DNA of 64,000 nucleotides, taken from Desulfuromonadales bacterium (GTDB taxonomy: Bacteria; Desulfobacterota; Desulfuromonadia; Desulfuromonadales; SZUA-540). The DNA lies in contig JAWSUS010000003.1 in the NCBI GenBank assembly GCA_033549025.1, forward strand, positions 1-64,000, read 5' to 3'. Each line of letters begins with the position of its first letter. The first letter of the stretch is position 1. The notes under the pieces are model-generated. The model was not told where the DNA came from and ran no database searches. It was given only the letters and a program-made list of their open reading frames with translations. Shown piece after piece: positions 56,930 to 64,000 of the stretch. A program made the position numbers and the translations under genes.

Positions 56930-58771
56930 TCAGGAGGGTGTGCGCGACCGGTGCAAAAAGGCATGCACCTCTTCCGCCACCTGGCGCGGCAGACCGGGGA
57001 CCTCCTGCAGCTGTTCGAGTGTGGCTTCGCGGATCTTTTTCAGGCTGCCGAAGTGTTTCAACAGCAGCTGGCGCCTGGCCTTTCCCACCCCAGGCACCTC
57101 ATCCAGAGTGGAGCGAAGCGTAGCTTTTTTGCGCACCTTGCGATGATGCGTGATGGCGAAGCGGTGGGCCTCGTCCCGCAGCCGCTCCAGCATGAAGAGG
57201 GCAGCGCCGCCCTGCCGCAGCAGGACGGGGTTTTTCCTCCCCGGCCGAAAAAATCGTTCCTCGCTGCGCTCCACCGCCTTGCCTCGTACGTTGCTGATTA
57301 CCCGGCTCTTGGCAATGCCGGCGATATCGATGCGCTCCTGCAGCCCCAGCTCATCGAGAACCGCCGAGAGCACGGCCAGCTGCCCTTTGCCGCCGTCAAT
57401 CAGGATAAAATCCGGCAGTTCTCCTTCTTCCAGCCCCCGGCTGAGGCGACGGTGCACCACTTCGCGCAGGGAAGCGTAGTCATCCGCTCCCTCGACGGTG
57501 CGGATGCGGAAGTGACGGTAGGCCTCGCTGGCCGGTTCGCCATCGATAGCGACGACCATGCTTCCCACGCTGAAACTTCCCTGCACGTTGGAAATATCGA
57601 AGCATTCCATACGCTGCGGCAACCGGCTCAGCTGCAGGCGGTCGCGAATCTCTTCCAGCACCCGCTCCCGCGCCTCGCGCCGGCTGCCCCTCTCCCGAAA
57701 AGCCTCCAGGGCGTTACGCCCCGCCATCTCCACCAGGGCCCGCCGGTCGCCGCGCTGCGGTGCCGCCAAAGCCACTTTTTTGCCCTTGCGATCGCCCAGC
57801 CACTCGGAGAGGGTATCGCTGTCCGCCGGCAGAAATGGCAAGAGAACCGCGTCGGGAATGAGAATATCCCGCCCGTAGAATTCCTGCAGGAAGGAGGAGA
57901 GGAGCTCATCGTCATCCATCCGCCACTCCAGATTATAGCTGCGGCGGTCAATGAGTTTACCCTGGCGGATGAAGAGGACGGCCAGCTCGACTTCCCCCCC
58001 TTCGCGGTGCAGGCCGAAAATATCCTGGTCGCCGCCGCCGGCATCCCATACTTTCTGGCGCTCCACCGTCTCCTCGATGGCCCGGACCTGGTCCCGCAGG
58101 CGGGCGGCTTCCTCAAAGCGCAGGGCGGCCGAAGCGTCCCGCATGCGCTGGCGGATCATGTCGATCACCTCGGTTTCCCGCCCCGACAGCAGGGAAACCA
58201 CACCACGCACCAGGCGGTTGTACTCTTCGGCACTGATATGACCGTGACAGGGCGCGCTGCATTGGCCGATCTGGTAGAACAGACAGGGCCGTCGGCGCCG
58301 ACGGCAGAGTTCCATGGGATAGTGGCGCAGGGGAAAGATGCGATAGATCTCCTTCAGGGTTTCGCGCACAGCCGAGGAAGACGAGAAAGGACCAAAATAG
58401 AGGGCGCCGTCACGTTTGACCCGGCGCACCACCTGCAGAAAGGGGAATTCCTCCCGCAGGTCCAAGCGCAGGGAAACATAGGTCTTGTCGTCCCGCAGGT
58501 TGATGTTGTAGCGGGGGCGGTGTTTCTTGATCAGGGTATTTTCAAGAATCAGGGCCTCTTTTTCCGTATCCGTCACAATGGTCTCGATGCTATCGACCTT
58601 GTTCATCAGAAAGCGGATATGGGCGCGGCCGTCACCCTCCCGGGAAAAATAGCTGCGCAGGCGGGCGCGCAGGTTCTTGGCCTTGCCCACATAGAGGACC
58701 GCGCCGCCGGCCTCCTTCATGAGGTAGACGCCGGACGCGGTGGGATATTTTTTCAGGTCGACGTCCTGCAT
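56930..58771 (-). CDS. uvrC: Excinuclease ABC subunit C
   Basis: GVY..YVGKAKNLR GIY-YIG domain, ECFDIS, IDGGKGQ, RDEAHRFA, HhH. Confidence 0.97.
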   Translation of the reverse strand: MQDVDLKKYPTASGVYLMKEAGGAVLYVGKAKNLRARLRSYFSREGDGRAHIRFLMNKVDSIETIVTDTEKEALILENTLIKKHRPRYNINLRDDKTYVSLRLDLREEFPFLQVVRRVKRDGALYFGPFSSSSAVRETLKEIYRIFPLRHYPMELCRRRRRPCLFYQIGQCSAPCHGHISAEEYNRLVRGVVSLLSGRETEVIDMIRQRMRDASAALRFEEAARLRDQVRAIEETVERQKVWDAGGGDQDIFGLHREGGEVELAVLFIRQGKLIDRRSYNLEWRMDDDELLSSFLQEFYGRDILIPDAVLLPFLPADSDTLSEWLGDRKGKKVALAAPQRGDRRALVEMAGRNALEAFRERGSRREARERVLEEIRDRLQLSRLPQRMECFDISNVQGSFSVGSMVVAIDGEPASEAYRHFRIRTVEGADDYASLREVVHRRLSRGLEEGELPDFILIDGGKGQLAVLSAVLDELGLQERIDIAGIAKSRVISNVRGKAVERSEERFFRPGRKNPVLLRQGGAALFMLERLRDEAHRFAITHHRKVRKKATLRSTLDEVPGVGKARRQLLLKHFGSLKKIREATLEQLQEVPGLPRQVAEEVHAFLHRSRTPS

Positions 58772-58836
58772 GACCGACTCTCCGCCGATAAAAAAAGCCA
58801 GGGAAACCCTGGCTGGTCTGTGCTGAGGGCGGCCTG

Positions 58837-59352
58837 TTATCCGGCCAGCCCGAGATGGTCGTTTTCAATTTCGATAAAAGCCTTGAGAACCTCGCGAACC
58901 CCCTCCTCGCCGGCATCCTCGAGAAACTTGGAGTAGACCTTGGACAGACGCGTCTGGCGCTTGCCGGCCTCGATCCTATTTTCTTTGTGGGAGGGAGAAC
59001 AGGAGCCCGTATCGCGCAGTTCTTCGGGTACGGGCAAATCAAGCATGCGGCAGACGATTTCGGCATGGCGGGCTTCCTGGGCCGCCATGGCGGCAAAGAG
59101 CGCGGCGCCTTCTTCATCATCGGCCACTTTTGAAGCCCCCCGGTAGAATTGGCTGTTGTCCACCTGCTGGGCCAGGGCTTTCTGAAGAGCCTCGCGGCTC
59201 TTGTCTGACAGTTCGGCAATGGCATTTGGCTCATAGGCCTCAGCCGGTACTATGTATTCCTGACGGGCCCCGCAGAAAGGGCAGTGCATGGGCCGGACCG
59301 ATTCGAGGCACGGCTCGGTGCATATTCTGCAGCGAAAAACATCCATGGGCAA
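58837..59352 (-). CDS. Rubredoxin-like / ferritin-like (rubrerythrin family) protein
   Basis: CRIC..CPFCGA, then FY..EARH..ENDH di-iron pattern. Confidence 0.8.
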   Translation of the reverse strand: MPMDVFRCRICTEPCLESVRPMHCPFCGARQEYIVPAEAYEPNAIAELSDKSREALQKALAQQVDNSQFYRGASKVADDEEGAALFAAMAAQEARHAEIVCRMLDLPVPEELRDTGSCSPSHKENRIEAGKRQTRLSKVYSKFLEDAGEEGVREVLKAFIEIENDHLGLAG

Positions 59353-59558
59353 ACCTCCTTCAAGCAGGGCGCAGAATATCAGGGGGCCGATGGGCTGTCA
59401 ACACAAGGGCCAAAGCAAAAGAATCCCCTCAAAACGGTTTTTGGGTTAGCCATCGTTTTTATTGGTTTTTATCGGGACAACTGCTATACTGACACGCTGT
59501 TTTAGCCGTAACGGAACTGGGAGGTTCCAGCAACCAAAGCCTGTTTAGGGAGCATATC

Positions 59559-60101
59559 GTGAATCCGCTGTGGGGCAATATTTTTCGTAAAAAATCCGAG
59601 GAAGAGTCCCTGGCCTACCTGCTGGGCACCATCCCCCTGTTTACCGATCTCAACGGGCGGGAGATCCGTCTGCTCGAATCCCTCGTCCACATCCGCCACT
59701 ACGATGCCGGCGAGACGATTTTTAACGAAGGCGATCCGGGCAGCGGTCTCTACATCATACGGTCCGGCCGCGTTCGCATTTTCCACCCATCCCCGTCGGG
59801 GCAGGAGGAGGAAGTAACGGTTCTCGGCCCGGGCGATTTTTTCGGCGAAACGACCCTCACCGCTCCGGCCAGCAGGACCGCTTCAGCCCGGGCGCTGGAA
59901 AATGCCGAACTGGTCGGGCTTTTTCGCGCTGACCTGATGGAGGTGATCCCCAAGAATCTCGGCCTGGCCAACAAAATCCTCATGGGACTGACCCGCTGTA
60001 TCAGTGAGAGGCTTCACAGCGCCAGCCATGAAATCCGTCGTCTCAAAGCCCAGCTCGAATCTTCCGCCAAAGAGCGTGAATCGACAGGGTTGCCCGAATG
60101 A
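59559..60101 (+). CDS. Cyclic nucleotide-binding domain protein
   Basis: IFNEGDPG, LYIIRSG, GDFFGE, RTASARA. Confidence 0.9.
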   Translation: MNPLWGNIFRKKSEEESLAYLLGTIPLFTDLNGREIRLLESLVHIRHYDAGETIFNEGDPGSGLYIIRSGRVRIFHPSPSGQEEEVTVLGPGDFFGETTLTAPASRTASARALENAELVGLFRADLMEVIPKNLGLANKILMGLTRCISERLHSASHEIRRLKAQLESSAKERESTGLPE

Positions 60102-61222
60102 CTGACTCCAGAAAACTGACCCGCCCGCAAATCGTTCTGCTCTACCTGGTGCTGACGGCCGGCATCGCCAGCGGCCTGGCCATCTTTTCCTCGGCCACCA
60201 ACGTCTTCGGCCTGCTGAGAACGGCGACGGCCGGCCTGATTCTTCCTCTGCTGCTGGCCATGATCACCGCCTTTCTGCTCGACCCCCTGGTCAAATACAT
60301 CGAGAGGGATCACATCAGCCGGACGTTCAGCATTTTCGTCGTCTACCTGCTTATATCCTCGGCCCTTTACCTGGCCGCCAGCTGGCTGGTCCCCCAATGG
60401 GTGGATATGTGGAACTCGCTGCGGGCAGACATTCCACGCTATGCCGGCAACCTCGTTGCCTTTGTGAAAGAGGTGCAGCTGGGCCTGCAGGCCCGCTTGC
60501 CCATGATCCAGGGCTACGAATTTACCAGCAAAGCCCGCGACCTGATCGAAGGGGCCGTCGGCTACCTGCTGGTACAGACCCCCAAATCGGCCCTCCGCCT
60601 GGGCAGTCTGCTGATCCTGGTGCCGCTCTTTTCCTTTTTTTTCCTGCGCGACGGCCGCAAGATTCTGCGCTCCACGATTTCTCTGGCCCCCAACCGCCAG
60701 TTTGAAATGCTGCACGATCTCTCCTTTCATATCAGCCAGCAGATGGCCCACTTCATCCGCGGGCGCATTCTCGAGGCCTTTATCGTCGGCGTCGTGGTGG
60801 CCGTGGGACTGTCCTTCACCGACATCCGCTATGCCCCTCTGCTGGGCCTCTTCGCCGGGGTCACTAACCTGGTGCCCTATATCGGCCCCATCGTCGGCAT
60901 GATTCCCGGCCTGCTCATCGCCTTGACCGACCTCGGCATGGGCGGCCAGTTCTGGTGGATCGTCATGGTCTATGTCCTGATTGCGCAGGTGATCGTCGAC
61001 AATTTCATCCTCATCCCCATTCTCATCTCCCGCGTATCCAACCTTCACCCCCTCTGGGTCCTGCTGGCCATCATCATGGGCGGCAAACTCTACGGAGTTC
61101 TGGGCATGATTATCGGGGTACCCATCGCCAGCATCATCAAAATCGCGATTCTGGAGACGCGCCATTATCGCCGGACGTTCCAGCTGCCCGAACAGATCGC
61201 CGAACCCGACCGCCATCACTGA
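60098..61222 (+). CDS. AI-2E family transporter
   Basis: AFLLDPLV, FFFLRDG, VPYIGP, LHPLWV, GMIIGVP. Confidence 0.9.
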   Translation: MTDSRKLTRPQIVLLYLVLTAGIASGLAIFSSATNVFGLLRTATAGLILPLLLAMITAFLLDPLVKYIERDHISRTFSIFVVYLLISSALYLAASWLVPQWVDMWNSLRADIPRYAGNLVAFVKEVQLGLQARLPMIQGYEFTSKARDLIEGAVGYLLVQTPKSALRLGSLLILVPLFSFFFLRDGRKILRSTISLAPNRQFEMLHDLSFHISQQMAHFIRGRILEAFIVGVVVAVGLSFTDIRYAPLLGLFAGVTNLVPYIGPIVGMIPGLLIALTDLGMGGQFWWIVMVYVLIAQVIVDNFILIPILISRVSNLHPLWVLLAIIMGGKLYGVLGMIIGVPIASIIKIAILETRHYRRTFQLPEQIAEPDRHH

Positions 61223-61340
61223 CGCCCCCTGACCATCGCCGGAGCCCTGCGGGACACCCCGGCGCCAGCCGCGTCGGCTTGACTTTGGCGTATCGTATAC
61301 ACCATACTGCCCCCATTCTCCCTTAAACAACGTGGTTTCG

Positions 61341-63320
61341 ATGAGCAAGTACCTTTTCGGTTTCGTCAAAAACCTCAGGCTTCGCCCGAAAATGCTGGTG
61401 ATCGTGCTGCCGGTGGTCCTCATCCCGATTTTCATTGTGGGGGCGCTCATCGGTGTGACCGCGACCAAACAGGCCTATCGCGGCATCACCCAGACGAGCA
61501 TGGATGACCTCGACCATATGGCGGGCTTCACACTCGACCTGCTCAACTCCCACTACCAGCAATTCCAGGTCTACAAGCAGGACAAACGCAAGTCCTTCAC
61601 CGAAGACCTGGGGGTGCTCACCGACTTCGCCTACAACCTCGTTGAAACCCAGCATCAGCAGTATCGCAATGGCACCCTCACTTTGGAGCAGGCCAAGGCG
61701 GAAGCCAAAAAGGCCCTGAAAAAAACCAGCGTGGGAGAAACGGGCTATATCTACGCCATCACCACAGCGGGTGACCTCAAGGTCCATGTTGCCCGGGAGG
61801 GGGAGAACATCATTGATGAACAGGACGAATGCGGCCGTTATTTCATCCGCGAGATGACGGAAAACGCCCTCCGCTCCCAAACGGACGAAGTTCAGTTCAT
61901 CACCTACCCTTGGCGCAACGAAATCCTCGGGGACACGGCTCCCCGTCGCAAAATCGCCGCCTACCGCTATTTTCGCGAATGGGACTGGATCATCGCCGTC
62001 AGCAGCTACCTCGACGAAACCTACGAAGACCTGGCCTTTGAAACCCGCTCCCTCGAAGAGCTTAAAGACAAGCTGAAAAGCAAGAAGGTCGGCAAAACCG
62101 GCTATATCTTCTGCATGGACAGTGAAGGGGAATTCACCGTACACCCTGAAGCGGAGGGGCAGAACCACTTCGATGCCGTGGATTCGGCAGGAAATCACTT
62201 TCTGCAGGAGATGATCGAAAAGAAAAACGGCTGGATCCGCTACCCCTGGCTGAACCCGGGAGAGGCCAGCCCGCGCATGAAAATTGTGCGCTACGTCTAC
62301 TTTGCTCCCTGGGACTGGATTGTGGGCGTCGGCTCCTACGAAGACGAATTCTACCAGGAGGCCAATCTCATCAAATGGCGCATCGTCACCGCCATGCTGC
62401 TGCTGCCGCTTTTCGTGGGCCTGGCGGCTGTCATCCTGATTTTTCTGGCCTCGAAAATTTTGACGGAGCCCATCAACCACATGATCGAGGTCATTCGTCA
62501 GGTCAAGCAGGGCCGGCTCGATGTGCAGATGCAGGTAGAAACTCGGGACGAACTGGGAGAACTGGCCACCACCTTCAACCGCATGACCGGCATCATCAAG
62601 CGCAATCAGGAAATGGAAGCCGCCTTGGCCCAGCAGGGCAAAATGGCCTCCCTTGGAATCCTCTCTTCCGGAGTGGCTCACGAAATCAACAACCCTCTGG
62701 GCGTCATTCTGGGTTATGCCAGCTATATGGAAGGCAAGATCCCGCCGGAAGATCCCAATTATAAGTACATCCACGAGATCAAACGGGAGAGCAAGCGCTG
62801 TAAAAAGATCGTTCAGGATCTCCTGAGCTATGCGCGAACGCCCAAACCGACCCTGGAAGAGACGGACATCAACGACCTGCTCACCCAGATCACCGACTTT
62901 GCCGCCAATCACACGGACATGCACCATGTTTCCGTCGTCTGCGATTTTGCCAGGGATCTCCCCCGCATACCTGTCGACGGCGATCAGATGCGGCAGGTGG
63001 CCATCAACCTGATTCTCAACGCCGGCCCCGCCATGGCAGAAGGCGGACAGCTGGTCGTCGGCACCCGGCTGGGGGATGACGGTTATCTTCACATCACTTT
63101 CCGTGACAATGGCTGCGGCATCCCGCCCGAAAATGTGGAGAAGATCTTTGAACCGTTCTTCACCACCAAGGCAAGAGGCACCGGCCTGGGCCTCGCCATC
63201 ACCAAGCAGATCATCGAGCAGCACCAAGGCAAGATCACACTTGAAAGCACGGTTGGCGAAGGAACCACCGTCACTGTCCTGCTGCCCGTGACCCAAGAGG
63301 AAAACTCCTATGGCTTCTAA
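61341..63320 (+). CDS. Cache-domain/HAMP sensor histidine kinase
   Basis: Two Cache units (GYIY..VH, WDWII), [32 protein letters not shown]. Confidence 0.92.
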   Translation: MSKYLFGFVKNLRLRPKMLVIVLPVVLIPIFIVGALIGVTATKQAYRGITQTSMDDLDHMAGFTLDLLNSHYQQFQVYKQDKRKSFTEDLGVLTDFAYNLVETQHQQYRNGTLTLEQAKAEAKKALKKTSVGETGYIYAITTAGDLKVHVAREGENIIDEQDECGRYFIREMTENALRSQTDEVQFITYPWRNEILGDTAPRRKIAAYRYFREWDWIIAVSSYLDETYEDLAFETRSLEELKDKLKSKKVGKTGYIFCMDSEGEFTVHPEAEGQNHFDAVDSAGNHFLQEMIEKKNGWIRYPWLNPGEASPRMKIVRYVYFAPWDWIVGVGSYEDEFYQEANLIKWRIVTAMLLLPLFVGLAAVILIFLASKILTEPINHMIEVIRQVKQGRLDVQMQVETRDELGELATTFNRMTGIIKRNQEMEAALAQQGKMASLGILSSGVAHEINNPLGVILGYASYMEGKIPPEDPNYKYIHEIKRESKRCKKIVQDLLSYARTPKPTLEETDINDLLTQITDFAANHTDMHHVSVVCDFARDLPRIPVDGDQMRQVAINLILNAGPAMAEGGQLVVGTRLGDDGYLHITFRDNGCGIPPENVEKIFEPFFTTKARGTGLGLAITKQIIEQHQGKITLESTVGEGTTVTVLLPVTQEENSYGF

Positions 63321-64000
63321 ACGCATCATGCTGATTGATAACGAAGAAGGCCTCTGCCGGATGATGGAGGCCATCCTGACCGACAACGGCTACGCGGCCA
63401 AAGCCTATACGCGCTCTTTTGAAGCGGTAGAAGAATTCAAGGGCTCCGACTGGGATCTGGTTATCAGCGATGTCAAAATGCCGGGCATGGACGGACTGGA
63501 AGTACTGCAGCGCATCAAGGAAAAATCACCCTCCACCCCCGTTATCATGATCACCGCCTTTGCCACCGTCGAGATGTCTATTCAGGCCCTGCGGCGGGGG
63601 GCCTACGATATTCTGACGAAGCCCTTCGAGCCCGAGGAACTTCTCTACCGGGTCAAAAATGCCCTCAAGCAGACCGAGCTCTTTGAAGAGAATCAGGAGC
63701 TGCGCAAAGAGCTGGTGGGCAAGTTCCGCTTTGACAATATCATCGGCGCCACCACCGGCCTGCGGCCTCTCATGGAGACGGTGGAAAAGATCGCCATCCG
63801 CGACACCTCCGTGCTCATTACCGGCGAGTCGGGTACGGGCAAGGAGCTGATCGCCCAGGCCATTCATTACAACAGCCCTCGCCGCGACAAGCGTTTTCTC
63901 GCCATCAACTGTGGCGCCCTGCCCGAGTCCCTGCTCGAAAGCGAACTCTTCGGCTACAAAAAAGGCGCCTTCACGGGCGCGACGGAGAACCGGCAGGGAC
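63310..64000 (+). CDS. Sigma54-dependent response regulator (runs off the window end)
   Basis: Hand-read [14 protein letters not shown].., DVKMPGMDG, GESGTGKE, GAFTGA. Confidence 0.9.
   Translation, partial: MASKRIMLIDNEEGLCRMMEAILTDNGYAAKAYTRSFEAVEEFKGSDWDLVISDVKMPGMDGLEVLQRIKEKSPSTPVIMITAFATVEMSIQALRRGAYDILTKPFEPEELLYRVKNALKQTELFEENQELRKELVGKFRFDNIIGATTGLRPLMETVEKIAIRDTSVLITGESGTGKELIAQAIHYNSPRRDKRFLAINCGALPESLLESELFGYKKGAFTGATENRQG

Noticed and set aside
56816..63386. Long antisense ORFs (56816..58936, 60014..61468, 61323..63386; also 38346..39779, 52455..53963)
   Set aside because: Shadow frames of GC-rich, well-identified genes, with no recognisable motifs.

Overview
The window has two parts. 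Bases 1-15026 are the right-hand part of an integrated element that ends in a displaced 3' fragment of tRNA-Leu(CAA), a probable att site. The integrase and left junction are not visible here. Reading inward from att, the element carries: a divergent regulator/Xis-like pair; a phage-type replication initiator with internal iterons; a secreted adhesin-like protein ending in a phage tail-fibre-type domain; a recognisable MOBF-type oriT; a trwA-trwB-trwC-like mobilisation operon; an LPD29 gene; a tandem RHH gene; and only two visible subunits of a type IVB/MPF-I mating channel (IcmV/TraX-like and DotA/TraY). The main inference is that this is a mobilisable satellite that parasitises and remodels a helper type IVB conjugation system. 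Bases 15027-64000 are chromosomal genes of a probable Desulfuromonadales/Geobacteraceae-like deltaproteobacterium: cyclophilin, eukaryote-like citrate synthase, dusB-ntrBC, the ispE to dnaB block, a TAXI-TRAP operon whose permease has an inserted lipoyl/biotinyl-like domain, a CHASE2 kinase/PP2C/FHA module, a Lon-like protease, a FadJ-like enzyme, malQ, uvrC and two-component genes. All assignments come from motif recognition by eye; no database searches were run.
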